A DNA stretch of 51,950 bases from Beijerinckiaceae bacterium. Its GTDB lineage: Bacteria > Pseudomonadota > Alphaproteobacteria > Rhizobiales > Beijerinckiaceae. The DNA lies in the NCBI GenBank assembly GCA_947372795.1, contig CANBVC010000001.1:1-51950 (forward strand), in the 5' to 3' direction. Shown here one piece after another: positions 17,005-26,928 of this stretch. The position numbers were made by a program, and so were the translations under genes. The stretch's first letter is position 1. Each line of letters starts with the position of its first letter. The notes beneath the pieces are model-generated. The model ran no database searches and had not been told where the DNA came from. It saw only the letters and a program-made list of their open reading frames with translations.

Positions 17005-18137
17005 GCGCGCGCTCCGGTTTTGCGGCCGTTGGCGTCGAACTGAAGCTCCTCGGGTACTTCGACTTCAGGCAAATCAGCGCCTGGCGCGGCTTGGAACACA
17101 AAGCTGAGAACGGTGGCGACGGCACGGTAAAGATCCGAATGGATCTCGGCGCCGATCTCGCTGGTGAAGTAGAGCGCGCGCGCTAGAAGCGGAATTGTGA
17201 GGATCGGCACGCCAAGCGCTTCGGCCTTTTCGCGGATGCTCGCCGCGATAGCGTCTGTCCCCTTCGCCAGAACCTTCGGCGCTGTGCCATCCTCGAAGTC
17301 GTAACGCAAAGCGACGGCGAAGCGCTTTGGATTGACGATGATCACCTGGGCTTGCTCGACCTGGGCCACCGAACCACGTTGCGCCATCTCCTGCTGCATC
17401 TTGCGGATGCGCGCTTTGACTTCAGGCGAACCTTCCGTCTGCTTGTGCTCGTCCTTCATTTCCTGCTTGCTCATCAACATGCGCTGACTGTGCTGGCGCC
17501 ATTGGATGAAAGCGTCGATAGCGCCCAGGATCGCGACGGCGCCCACCAGCACGAGCAAGGTGAGCAAAAAGAGCATGCCCGTGCTTTCCATGGCGGATTC
17601 AAATGGAGATTCCGCCAAGCTCAAGATATCGGGCAGATTCGACATCAGGAACCAGAAGCCGATGGTTCCGATGGTGATAACCTTCAAGATCGATTTGCCG
17701 AGCTCAATAAGTGATTGCATGCCAAACATGCGACTAAGGCCAGCCATCGGCGAAAGGCGACTGCCTTTGAAAGCGAGGTTTTCCAACGTGAAATGAAAGC
17801 CACCGAAGAGACCTTGCGTCACCATGGGAGCCAGAGCCAACGGTACGCTGAACATCAGAACGATAAGGACCGCTGAGCCGAAGCGATCTCCCAACACGTT
17901 CAATAACGGAATTTCACGCGCAAGCGGGCCAGATATATCCAGCCCGTTGCGAAACGTGTTGAGCATTTCGTAGAAGAAATTTCTACCAATGAAGTAAAAC
18001 TGCGCTGCAGCCACGAGCAGCACGACGCTCATGGTCAAATCCTTTGATGTGAGGACCTGACCTTGCTCGACGGCTTCTCTAAGCCGTCGTTCTGTAGGTT
18101 GTTCTGTTTTTTCCTGGCCGCCTTCCTGATCGCTCAT
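17001..18137 (-). CDS. flhB: Export switch protein FlhB
   Basis: EKTEQPTERRL, KDEHKQTEGSPEVK, cleavage motif variant NPKR. Confidence 0.97.
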   Translation of the reverse strand: MSDQEGGQEKTEQPTERRLREAVEQGQVLTSKDLTMSVVLLVAAAQFYFIGRNFFYEMLNTFRNGLDISGPLAREIPLLNVLGDRFGSAVLIVLMFSVPLALAPMVTQGLFGGFHFTLENLAFKGSRLSPMAGLSRMFGMQSLIELGKSILKVITIGTIGFWFLMSNLPDILSLAESPFESAMESTGMLFLLTLLVLVGAVAILGAIDAFIQWRQHSQRMLMSKQEMKDEHKQTEGSPEVKARIRKMQQEMAQRGSVAQVEQAQVIIVNPKRFAVALRYDFEDGTAPKVLAKGTDAIAASIREKAEALGVPILTIPLLARALYFTSEIGAEIHSDLYRAVATVLSFVFQAAPGADLPEVEVPEELQFDANGRKTGARA

Positions 18138-18919
18138 GGCAGCGCCTTTGTTTCTAGGACGATATCACGGACCATTCCCGAAGCGGATTGAACGAGGCCG
18201 CTCATGGCGTTTCCTATGGACGGCAGACTGAACATGATCATCGCGAAACCGACCATGATTGTCAGAGGAAAGCCAACGGAAAAGATGTTCATCTGCGGCG
18301 CGACGCGTGTCATGAAGCCGATCAGCATGTTTACGAGAAAAAGAAGCACAATAGCTGGCAGACTGATGATGAGCGCTGCGGAAAAGACCAGAGCGCCAGC
18401 CTTGACGATCCCGAGAAACAAATCAGCATTAAGATCGCCACCAATGGGCGCGACCTTGTAGCTCGCCACCAGTTGGCGAAGCAGGACGTGATGGCCTTCT
18501 GTTACGAGGAAAATCAACGTCATAAGAATGGACATGAACTGAGTGACGACAACCGATTGCGCACCAGTCTGCGGGTCAACGAGAGAGGCGAAGCCAAGGC
18601 CCATTGAGGATGCGATTTGCTCACCAGCCATGGCGACGCTGGCGAAGGCGATCTGAAAGAGAATGCCAATGGAAACGCCAATGATGACCTCGCGCATGAT
18701 CACCGTAAACCCCGTCGGTGAAAACAGGTCCACAGCAGGCGCCGAAATGGTCGCCATGAGCATGAATGTCAGTCCCGCCATGATCGCTACGCGAATAGGT
18801 ACGGTGACTGCAGAGGCAGAGAAGACCGGAGACACTAGAAAGAACGCGGAGATCCTGATGGAAAGCAGCAGAAACATGCTGACTTTCGACATTAGGAATT
18901 CATCGTTGAGGATGATCAT
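18134..18919 (-). CDS. fliR: FliR
   Basis: MGLGFASLVDP, RVAPQMNIFSVGFP. Confidence 0.97.
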   Translation of the reverse strand: MIILNDEFLMSKVSMFLLLSIRISAFFLVSPVFSASAVTVPIRVAIMAGLTFMLMATISAPAVDLFSPTGFTVIMREVIIGVSIGILFQIAFASVAMAGEQIASSMGLGFASLVDPQTGAQSVVVTQFMSILMTLIFLVTEGHHVLLRQLVASYKVAPIGGDLNADLFLGIVKAGALVFSAALIISLPAIVLLFLVNMLIGFMTRVAPQMNIFSVGFPLTIMVGFAMIMFSLPSIGNAMSGLVQSASGMVRDIVLETKALP

Positions 18920-19185
18920 CTGCTCACCCTCGCGATTTCAGTGAAGACGGTCTGGAAGAATGTGCTGATGGTCGAGATCATGAACGGGGCGGACAGGGCC
19001 AGCACGCCGCCTATGACGAGAAGTTTAGGCACAAAGGTAAGAGTCGCTTCGTTGATCGAGGTCGCCGCCTGGAATACGCCGATGATCAAGCCTATCAGCA
19101 GCGCAGCGATCAGGGTCGGCCCGACGGTCCAAAGAACGCTCTGGAGCGTTTCGCGGCCGATCATGATGAATTGCTGATACTGCAT
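18916..19185 (-). CDS. fliQ: FliQ
   Basis: FQAATSINEATLTFVPK. Confidence 0.97.
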   Translation of the reverse strand: MQYQQFIMIGRETLQSVLWTVGPTLIAALLIGLIIGVFQAATSINEATLTFVPKLLVIGGVLALSAPFMISTISTFFQTVFTEIARVSR

Positions 19186-19188
19186 GTG

Positions 19189-19965
19189 TCAGTTCCTCAT
19201 GAAGCTTTCAACGAGTGCGCTTACAGTCGCGCTCCATCCATCTACGATGACGAATAAAAGCAGTTTGATCGGCAGGGAGACAAGAGTCGGCGAAAGCATC
19301 ATCATGCCCAGCGACATCAGGACGCTGGCCACGACGATGTCGATAACAAGAAAGGGTAGGAACAGGAGGAACCCGATTGTGAAGGCTGTGCGTAGTTCGC
19401 TGACGATGAAGGCTGGTACAATAACGACGAAGGGAACAGCTTCAGCTTCCTCATAACGGGCGTCGCCCTGCAAGTCCGCCATGAGCAACAGATCGCTCTC
19501 GCGCGTGTGCCGTAGCATGAAAGTCTTCATCACGCCCCCACCGCGCACAGCCGCCTCCTCCAACTGGATGGTTCCGGCGCTATAGGGCTTGAACGCAACT
19601 TCATTGATCTGTTTGATCGTCGGCGTCATGATAAAAAAGGTCATGAACATAGCTAGACCAACAAGCACCTGGTTGGGTGGTGTCTGCTGCGTGCCGATGG
19701 CCTGTCGCAGAATCGACAGTGTGATAATGATGCGCGTGAAGCTCGTTGTGACCAGCAGCAGCGACGGCAGCAGGGTCAATGCCGTCATCAACGCCAGCGT
19801 CTGGAGTGACAGGGAAAGGGTCTGCCCCCCGCCGGCCTGCGATTGCAGCTGAAGCAATGGCAGGTCAAAGCCCGGAGACTGAGCCATAGCCTGCGTAGTC
19901 CCGCAGGCGATAGCTGCGCAGGCGAGCGACAGCAAAAATGGGGCGCGATGAGCCTTGCGGATCAT
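19189..19965 (-). CDS. fliP: FliP
   Basis: TSFTRIII, GTQQTPPNQVL, LMSLGMMMLSP. Confidence 0.98.
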   Translation of the reverse strand: MIRKAHRAPFLLSLACAAIACGTTQAMAQSPGFDLPLLQLQSQAGGGQTLSLSLQTLALMTALTLLPSLLLVTTSFTRIIITLSILRQAIGTQQTPPNQVLVGLAMFMTFFIMTPTIKQINEVAFKPYSAGTIQLEEAAVRGGGVMKTFMLRHTRESDLLLMADLQGDARYEEAEAVPFVVIVPAFIVSELRTAFTIGFLLFLPFLVIDIVVASVLMSLGMMMLSPTLVSLPIKLLLFVIVDGWSATVSALVESFMRN

Positions 19966-20231
19966 GCGGCGCTCCCGTTGATCGGGCTTTTCACGACCTG
20001 CAAAGCTGTGATGCCTGTTTTGTTGAGGCCACAGACTACGGTCATGCCCTCAATCTCCACCACCATGATGCGTGCGCCAGGTGCGATTTCAAGATTTACG
20101 CGGGAAACGACGGTGCGGGCGCCAAAATAAGACTGGAGACGATCGCGATAGCGCGTCAGCACCATGGCGAAGCCAATGAGGCCGCCAAGCACAAGAAGCA
20201 TCGTGATCGAATAGGCGCCCAGGTTGATCAC
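19962..20231 (-). CDS. fliO: FliO (short)
   Basis: TM plus beta region (LEIAPGARIMVVEI); lies between fliN and fliP. Confidence 0.85.
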   Translation of the reverse strand: MINLGAYSITMLLVLGGLIGFAMVLTRYRDRLQSYFGARTVVSRVNLEIAPGARIMVVEIEGMTVVCGLNKTGITALQVVKSPINGSAA

Positions 20232-20530
20232 AGGCTGCGAGCCCGCTTCTCAGGAGAGATGATTTCGGTAAAGCGGATGCCAAGCCGCTCGCCGACGAGC
20301 ACAACTTCGCCACGTGCAAGCAGCGTGCCGTTGACGAGAATGTCAAGATGTTCGCCCGCGAGGCGTTCAAGCTCTACCACTGAACCATCGTTCAGCTTCA
20401 TGAGGTCGCCAATCGAAATCTTTGTGCCGCCGACTTCCACCGTCAGTTGCACTTCGATGTTCTCCAGCCGCTTGAGGTTGCTGGACGTGCTTTCCGTGAT
20501 TTCGGACGTCGATTGCTTCTCGGTGGTCAT
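20228..20530 (-). CDS. fliN: Motor switch FliN
   Basis: GSVVELERLAGEHLDILVNGTLLARGEVV. Confidence 0.97.
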   Translation of the reverse strand: MTTEKQSTSEITESTSSNLKRLENIEVQLTVEVGGTKISIGDLMKLNDGSVVELERLAGEHLDILVNGTLLARGEVVLVGERLGIRFTEIISPEKRARSL

Positions 20531-20550
20531 TTTCTAACTCGCTCTTTCAT

Positions 20551-21510
20551 CTAGCCGGTTATACGAACTGCGATCTTGCCGTCGCGTTCGCCGATGGTCG
20601 CATCAAAAAGCGCTTCGCCTTCAACATAGATTTTGACGCTATCGAAGGCCGGAATCTCGACGACCATTCCTTCATAAACATTCACAAGATCCCCAAGCTT
20701 GATGGCGGGTTCTGCAATGCGCGGAATGAAATTGAGCGGCACTTCCAGCAGAGCGTCACGAAGTCGATGCGCCCACTGCATATCGCGGCCATCGCTTGTA
20801 TGCTGGATCTTGCTTCGCAGGATCGTTGCGATCTGCTTCAGGCCCTGGCGCGGATAGACGATATCGATCGTTGCAGGTTTGGAGAAGGGTAGTTGAACCA
20901 CGAAGGAGTTGATGACAACGTTTTCCTGCCCCTCGACGAATGATGTGAAGGCGGGATTGGTCTCAGTGTTCATATATTCGAAATTAACTGGGTAGACCTC
21001 CCGCCATGCATCTTCGAGCGTACGCAGGGCGCCTTCAACGATAACCTGGTGAATGCGCTCTTCGGTCGGAGTGAATTCCGTCTGTCTCGTGATGTTGCAA
21101 TCGCCTTTCCCGCCAAAGAACGTATTGACGAGGATGCTGATGAGGCGGGGCGGTATCCGGATAAGGATCAGGCTCTTGAGGGTATCAGCCTTCGCGATGC
21201 TCTGGCTGGTGAACGCATCGACCGAGCGCATGTGCTCTTCGAAGCGCTTTGACTCCGGCGGGAGGGTCGTAATGCGAGGTTGAAAGCGGAGCATCGGCAA
21301 GAGGACGTTACGCACCTGGCGTCCGAAACGCTCGTTTATGAGACGAAGCGTATGCAGATCGCCAAGAAGGCTAGCGTCTTCATTGCCGAGTTGGAACGGC
21401 TTGTATTCAACCTCGGGCAGGGAGCCTGAACCGCCGGCGATGTCGCCGTTGTTCAGGCCCTCGATGAGCGCCGAGACTTCTTCGTTGCTGAGTTTGCGGT
21501 TCGATGCCAT
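20551..21510 (-). CDS. fliM: Motor switch FliM
   Basis: LSNEEVSALI CheY-binding-like motif, FFGGKG, EFTPTEERI. Confidence 0.95.
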   Translation of the reverse strand: MASNRKLSNEEVSALIEGLNNGDIAGGSGSLPEVEYKPFQLGNEDASLLGDLHTLRLINERFGRQVRNVLLPMLRFQPRITTLPPESKRFEEHMRSVDAFTSQSIAKADTLKSLILIRIPPRLISILVNTFFGGKGDCNITRQTEFTPTEERIHQVIVEGALRTLEDAWREVYPVNFEYMNTETNPAFTSFVEGQENVVINSFVVQLPFSKPATIDIVYPRQGLKQIATILRSKIQHTSDGRDMQWAHRLRDALLEVPLNFIPRIAEPAIKLGDLVNVYEGMVVEIPAFDSVKIYVEGEALFDATIGERDGKIAVRITG

Positions 21511-21516
21511 GGCTCT

Positions 21517-22176
21517 TCACTGCAGGACGAGGGCGGTGATGTATACGTCTTCCACACCGCCGAAGCTGACCCGCTCATTGAGAAGCTTATTGATCGCGTC
21601 GCGGATCAGGACTTGAAGCTTTTTCCGGTTATCAACGCCGATGACGTCGGCTTCCGTTTGTTCAGCCAGAAGCGCCAGAACTTCGGCGCGGATGGCCACT
21701 TCGTGCTTCTGCACGTTCTCGATCACCTTCTTGTCATACTGGGTGGCGAGAGCGACCGACATCTGGGCGAACCGGCGAGAGCCGCGAAGGTTGGTCGTGA
21801 AGTTGCCCGGAAATTCGAAATAGCTCGTGACGAACTGTTCTTTCGAGGGCACGGGTTTGCCGGTTGGGCCCGATGGCGCAGGCGCCCCGTGACCGCCATC
21901 GCCATGCCCTCCTGCTGCGGGAGCAGCGCCATGGGCATCTTTAGGCGCTTCGGCCTGCGCCGCTGCATCGCCATGGGCGTCAGCCTCCGCAGGCGCGCCC
22001 TTGCGTTCGATGACGATGGCTAGCGGATTCTCATCAGCTGGCTTCGTCAGCTTGTTAAAGAGAATGGCGGCGCCAGCGCCCACGCCAATCAGCACGATTG
22101 CGCCGACCACCATGACGAGGATCTTGACGATCGGAAGTTTCTTTTTCGGTTCTTGCGCTTCGGGTTCGGCTGCCAT
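21517..22176 (-). CDS. fliL: FliL with His/Ala/Gly-rich linker
   Basis: TM, FTTNLRGSRRF, GGVEDVYITALVLQ; directly before fliM. Confidence 0.93.
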   Translation of the reverse strand: MAAEPEAQEPKKKLPIVKILVMVVGAIVLIGVGAGAAILFNKLTKPADENPLAIVIERKGAPAEADAHGDAAAQAEAPKDAHGAAPAAGGHGDGGHGAPAPSGPTGKPVPSKEQFVTSYFEFPGNFTTNLRGSRRFAQMSVALATQYDKKVIENVQKHEVAIRAEVLALLAEQTEADVIGVDNRKKLQVLIRDAINKLLNERVSFGGVEDVYITALVLQ

Positions 22177-22195
22177 GGGTTCGGCTCCCCTTCGT

Positions 22196-24235
22196 TCAGG
22201 CGTTCAGTTCAACGGTGAAGGACTCATCGGCCCCGCCGCTGCGTGTTTTAATGACAGGCTCAGCCGGCTGACGGCGCGGCGCTTCATCATTGGGTCCATC
22301 GTCGGAAACGTCGAAGCCGGCAAGCTGAAGCCCGTTTCCAGAAAGGGCGCTGCGCAAATCCGTTTCCATATTTCTCAAAGTATCCGCCGCCTCAGTCGTG
22401 GAGGCGCGGGTGGACAGACGCAGACGTTGACCATCCATCGCGATACGAAGCACGATCTGCCCCAATCCCGGCGGATAAAGCTGGAGGCTTAGTGTCTGCG
22501 TGCCATTACGTACTGCGTTCACCACCATGCGTTCAAGCGCGCGAAGGCGGATGTCGTCTGCGATTGCGCGACGCTCGCCATTTGTTTCAACATTAGTCGT
22601 AGCAACGGTCGAAGCCTGCGGCGTCGAGGGGAGGCTGCTGGTGGCGTCCTGGAGGGAGAGTGCTGGAAGCGTCACTACCTCAGACTGAACGGCGAAGGGT
22701 TGTGCATCCTGGTTAAGCGTGATGTCAGTTACGCCGAGCTTCAGCAATTCCCTGATATGCACGCTATCCTTCGTCTGATTATCACTCAGGCCCCTAGTCT
22801 CAACCTCATCATTGTCCTTGTTGGGGACAGTCTCTGATTGGCGCGCATTCACATTTTGCTGGTTGGCCTTGCTGAGGGGCTCGTTGGCTGCGGGGTGAGT
22901 CTGCTGTGCCGTGATCGCGCTCGTGTCGATATCGATGTTTTGCGATGACGCCGTAGTGGTGAACTGCGTTACGTCGCGGATTTCGGAGCTTTGGGTGGTC
23001 GCCAGCGCGCCGTCTTTGGCGAGCGCTTGCGGCTGTTGCGCCAAAGCGTCTAGGCTGCCCATGGAAGGTGGGGTGGCTGAATCTGTCGCTTCGGCAGGCT
23101 TGTCAGCTTTTACGATATTGGCTGCGCCGCTCGCCAGTGCTTGGCTCTGCGCGACGCGACCCTGGTTAAAGGAGCCAATCGCCGCAGGATCGGTCCATTG
23201 CACCAGTGGCGATTTTGCTGGTTGCAGCAACAGGTCGTCGCTTTCGGGCTTCTGCCCTTCCGGTGCGTGAGCTTGCACATTCACGAGTTGCGCGCTGACA
23301 ACCGCGATGGCGGCCGGGTTGAGATCGGCTGGATCTATCAGTTTCATCGACGCATCGCTTGATTGCGTCTCGCCATCTTTCTTTTCCGGCAAACTCCCGT
23401 CAGTCGTCGCAATCGTCGAAGGCGTAACAGCTTCGATCGCCACTTCACTGACTGTAGTGTCGACGTCCCTGTTGGCCTTCGGCGTCTTGGAACCGGACCA
23501 TGCAACTGCCTGCAGCGCGGCGATTTTTGGGGGCGAAACAGTTTGCTCTGACTGCGTCGCGATCGCGTCTTCGACCTGCGATGTCGACGGAACGTCAGCG
23601 ACGACGTGAGGTGTCAGAGAACTGACGGATGCTGTGTCTGAAGTAACTGAGAGCGCCTGCGCAGCGTCGCTATCGATATCGCTGTGCGCCTTGGCCTCGA
23701 CATGTGCCTCAGTGACTTTCGTCCCTTCACCATTCTGGTCAGAAACGGTGACGGATGCGGTCACCGCCATATGGATCAGCGCTTGTACATTCAAGCCGGA
23801 AGGATCCGACACCTGGTTGGCGTCCTCGATCTTGTTTTTTGAACCGGCCTTCGGCTCGTCCACCGCCGTCGCATCGCTCTCACCTTCGGTGTGAGCGGAG
23901 ATGTTAACGTCGCCGCTAATATCGGTCGCGAGCTTGTTTTCCAAGTTCACGCTCAACTCAGTAGGCGCGGGGGTTGTTTTCAGGCTGACGCCCCGAGATG
24001 CGACTTGGGTCGCTGCAGCCAAGGCTGCGACCGCTTCACCTGAGTCTTGCGACGTCTCCGCGTCGGTAGGGATTTGGCTGTTATCTGAACCGCCAATCGC
24101 AGAAGCGGGCGCCGCAGCCGTCATGAGCGCGTTAAAAATAGCGCCGCCCGAGCCTTTTCCGGGCGCGGTCGAAGAGCCGCTGCTGTCGCCAGCATCGGCG
24201 GTTATGGAAGCCTTGGGTATTGCGAGCGGCTGCAA
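22196..24235 (-). CDS. fliK: Hook-length control protein FliK (~679 aa)
   Basis: Long Ala/Ser/Thr-rich region plus LQLYPPGLGQI...LRSALSGNGLQL T3S4 domain; probable TTG start at 24235 downstream of a sigma54 site. Confidence 0.88.
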   Translation of the reverse strand: MQPLAIPKASITADAGDSSGSSTAPGKGSGGAIFNALMTAAAPASAIGGSDNSQIPTDAETSQDSGEAVAALAAATQVASRGVSLKTTPAPTELSVNLENKLATDISGDVNISAHTEGESDATAVDEPKAGSKNKIEDANQVSDPSGLNVQALIHMAVTASVTVSDQNGEGTKVTEAHVEAKAHSDIDSDAAQALSVTSDTASVSSLTPHVVADVPSTSQVEDAIATQSEQTVSPPKIAALQAVAWSGSKTPKANRDVDTTVSEVAIEAVTPSTIATTDGSLPEKKDGETQSSDASMKLIDPADLNPAAIAVVSAQLVNVQAHAPEGQKPESDDLLLQPAKSPLVQWTDPAAIGSFNQGRVAQSQALASGAANIVKADKPAEATDSATPPSMGSLDALAQQPQALAKDGALATTQSSEIRDVTQFTTTASSQNIDIDTSAITAQQTHPAANEPLSKANQQNVNARQSETVPNKDNDEVETRGLSDNQTKDSVHIRELLKLGVTDITLNQDAQPFAVQSEVVTLPALSLQDATSSLPSTPQASTVATTNVETNGERRAIADDIRLRALERMVVNAVRNGTQTLSLQLYPPGLGQIVLRIAMDGQRLRLSTRASTTEAADTLRNMETDLRSALSGNGLQLAGFDVSDDGPNDEAPRRQPAEPVIKTRSGGADESFTVELNA

Positions 24236-24292
24236 GTTCGGGCGCCCCTGAGTCAGACGATGTGTCGATTTTTCAACACCTATCGATAGAAC

Positions 24293-24308
24293 AGCAAGTA
24301 TTGTGCCA
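24293..24308 (-). promoter_or_regulatory. Sigma54 promoter for the fliK operon
   Basis: Minus strand TGGCACAATACTTGCT immediately after the fliJ stop. Confidence 0.88.
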
Positions 24309-24719
24309 TTAGTCTCTGCGTGCTGGCGCCAGTCTTTCCAGGCGTTCGTCCATTTGACGCCTTTCTTCATATCTGGCCTGTTTGGCGGTTTCCTGAAGGG
24401 TTTCGATTTGACGAGTCTTCTCAGCCAGAAGGCTTCGCAGGCGCGTGCGTTCAACGTCGAGAATCTCGTTGCGCGCCTTATCGATGTCGCTACGCTCACG
24501 AAGCTTTCCGATGATTTGCAGGACATCACGATATTCGGTGATGTGCATTTCGGGATGGGTCAGCTGTTCACGATAGCCGCGATCAAGTTCGACGATCTGT
24601 GCTATGCGAGCTTCAAGGCGTGCAATTTCATCGAAGAGGCGCTTAGCCTCGCGACGATAGGCCTGAAGCGTGATGGTCTGCTTCAGTGCGATCAATTCCA
24701 TTGTGCGGGCGCGGCTCAT
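24309..24719 (-). CDS. fliJ: Export chaperone FliJ
   Basis: Charged coiled coil, 136 aa, between fliI and fliK, C-terminal EERRQMDE. Confidence 0.8.
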   Translation of the reverse strand: MSRARTMELIALKQTITLQAYRREAKRLFDEIARLEARIAQIVELDRGYREQLTHPEMHITEYRDVLQIIGKLRERSDIDKARNEILDVERTRLRSLLAEKTRQIETLQETAKQARYEERRQMDERLERLAPARRD

Positions 24720-24727
24720 TGGTCCCC

Positions 24728-26059
24728 TCAGGGCAGGAGGGTCTGGAGCCGGGCTTCACTTTCGACGAATGTCGAGCGTTCATGCATGCCTTGTTGAATA
24801 TAACCGATCAGCGCGGGATGAGCTTGGAATGCAGAGTCGAGTTCGGGGTCCTGACCCGTCTGGTAGCCGCCAAGCAGCATCAAATCACGGTTCTGTTCCC
24901 ACAGGCTGAGGTAGCGACGGAATTTGCGGACCCTTGCGACATGGCTCGGGGATACGCAATCTACCATGGTTCTGCTGATGGAGGCGTTCACATCGATTGC
25001 AGGAAAGATGCCTTGCTCGGCCTGCTTGCGCGAAAGAACGATATGGCCATCAAGGATGGCGCGCGCCGTATCGACGATTGGATCGTTCGTGATGTCATCA
25101 CCGTCGGCGAGAATGGTATAGACGCCAGTGATGCTGCCGCCGGTTTGCCCATCGAGGCCCGCCCGCTCCAGCGCTGAACCAATCAGCGAGATCACGGAAG
25201 GCGGATAGCCCTTTGTTGTTGGGTGCTCTCCAAGCGCAAGGCCAAGCTCGCGTTGGGCATGAGCCACACGGGTCAATGAGTCGATCATTAAGAGCACATG
25301 CTTGCCCCTTGATCGAAAATATTCGGCATAGGCTGTGGCGCGATGAAGGCCGCGCAGACGCAGCACGGGCGATTGATCGGCAGGAACAGCGACGACGGTG
25401 GTGTGTGCGAAGGATGGAGCTGTCGACAGCTCCTCCACGAAACCCGCGACCTCTCGGCCACGTTCGCCGATGAGGCCGATGACGACGACTTCGGCTTCCG
25501 TGTAACGCGCGATGCAGGACAGAAGAGATGATTTACCCACGCCGCTGCCTGCGATGATGCCGATCTTCTGGCCGCGGCCGACTGTGAGCAAACCGTTCAG
25601 GGCGCGCACGCCGACGTCAAGCGTTTCGCGCACAGGGCGTCTGCGCAGAGGATTGACGCGCTCGCCGCGCAAAGGCCACTGCTCGTTCAGATGAGCCGCT
25701 GAGAGTCCGTCAAGCGTCTCACCTGCGCCATCAAACACGCGGCCGAGAAGCCCATCGCCCACACGCACCACATCCGCGCGCTGTACGGTTTCGACGCGCG
25801 CGCCGGCAAGCAGTGGCGCAGATCCGCCTGTCAAAACCATTACGGTATAATTATCGAGAAAGCCGATCACTTCCGCTTCGGCCCATTCGCCATTTTCACA
25901 GGCTACCCGGCATTCGGTCCCGACCGAGGCGGGGAAAGAGCTCGCATGGACGATCTGACCATCATATCGTCGCACGCGACCAGCGGCGCTGGTGATCCGG
26001 CTGGCTTTGACGCCCTTCAGGCGCCGATCAAGAACAGCGGTCATATCAAGCATGTTCAA
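24728..26059 (-). CDS. fliI: Flagellar ATPase FliI
   Basis: AGSGVGKS, LIGERGREV, DSLTRVAHAQRE, LDGHIVLSR. Confidence 0.97.
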   Translation of the reverse strand: MNMLDMTAVLDRRLKGVKASRITSAAGRVRRYDGQIVHASSFPASVGTECRVACENGEWAEAEVIGFLDNYTVMVLTGGSAPLLAGARVETVQRADVVRVGDGLLGRVFDGAGETLDGLSAAHLNEQWPLRGERVNPLRRRPVRETLDVGVRALNGLLTVGRGQKIGIIAGSGVGKSSLLSCIARYTEAEVVVIGLIGERGREVAGFVEELSTAPSFAHTTVVAVPADQSPVLRLRGLHRATAYAEYFRSRGKHVLLMIDSLTRVAHAQRELGLALGEHPTTKGYPPSVISLIGSALERAGLDGQTGGSITGVYTILADGDDITNDPIVDTARAILDGHIVLSRKQAEQGIFPAIDVNASISRTMVDCVSPSHVARVRKFRRYLSLWEQNRDLMLLGGYQTGQDPELDSAFQAHPALIGYIQQGMHERSTFVESEARLQTLLP

Positions 26060-26928
26060 GAACCCTGCGTGTCCGTCAACAAATGAGCGTCTTCGTAGTC
26101 AAGATCTCGCGAGGAAAGATGGAAGACGCCTGATTGAAGCGAGTCATCCTCTATGATGCGGATCTTCTCGAAGATCTCGCTTTCCTGCATGAGCGAGTGT
26201 AGCGCGAGCACATCATGAGGGTTCATCGCCAGCGTGAAGTCAGCGCCAGCCTTGGTGAACATTTCAGCTGCGGTCTTGATGCGCTCGACATATATTTCTG
26301 GCATTTCAGCAAAGACGGCGCCGAAGAGATCCTGCGCGATGCGCCGAACGTGATGCGCCATGATGTCAGCGTTACGTTCAACGGCGTCCGCCGCGAGCGT
26401 CGTGATTTGCGCCTCCAGCTTGCGCAGGGTCGACATGGTGGCGCTCAATTCACGCCGTGTCGCATCAACACCTTGCTGGTAACCTAGCGCCCTGCCATCT
26501 TCGCGCGCCTGATTGATGGCGGCGACGATCTCTTCAGGAGAGGGGCCGGCAGGCTCAGGCGGTGGCGGAGGCCTGGTTGGAGGAGGCGCTGACGGGCGCG
26601 CTGCTGCCGGCGTTGGTGCTGACGCTGGCGTTGGCGCGGTGTTGTTGGTGGGCTCTGCTGGAGACTGTTTGCCTTCATCGTTCGTAGGAGGCGTCTCCTC
26701 CTGCGCTCCGCTTCCGTCTTCGGGCGTGGGTTCCTGTTCTGTGTTTTGTTCCTGAGCCGGGGACGTCGGCTGCTGTCTCGGCGCAGGCTTGAAGCTGCCG
26801 CGTCCCCAAGGCACGAATTCGGCGTCTGGATCCGTTCCGTAGCGACTCTCTTGGTGGTACTCGCCACCCTTAGGCAGCAAGTCCGCGATTTCCGAAAGGA
26901 GGATGGGGCGTTGGTTTGGTTCAGACAT
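26056..26928 (-). CDS. fliH: FliH with Pro-rich N-terminus
   Basis: AREDGRALGYQQG repeats, MNPHD; ATG 26928 overlaps the fliG end. Confidence 0.88.
   Translation of the reverse strand: MSEPNQRPILLSEIADLLPKGGEYHQESRYGTDPDAEFVPWGRGSFKPAPRQQPTSPAQEQNTEQEPTPEDGSGAQEETPPTNDEGKQSPAEPTNNTAPTPASAPTPAAARPSAPPPTRPPPPPEPAGPSPEEIVAAINQAREDGRALGYQQGVDATRRELSATMSTLRKLEAQITTLAADAVERNADIMAHHVRRIAQDLFGAVFAEMPEIYVERIKTAAEMFTKAGADFTLAMNPHDVLALHSLMQESEIFEKIRIIEDDSLQSGVFHLSSRDLDYEDAHLLTDTQGS

Noticed and set aside
24236-24529. 98-aa N-terminal extension of FliK in the ORF track
   Set aside because: Overlaps fliJ and spans the sigma54 promoter, so the real start must be downstream
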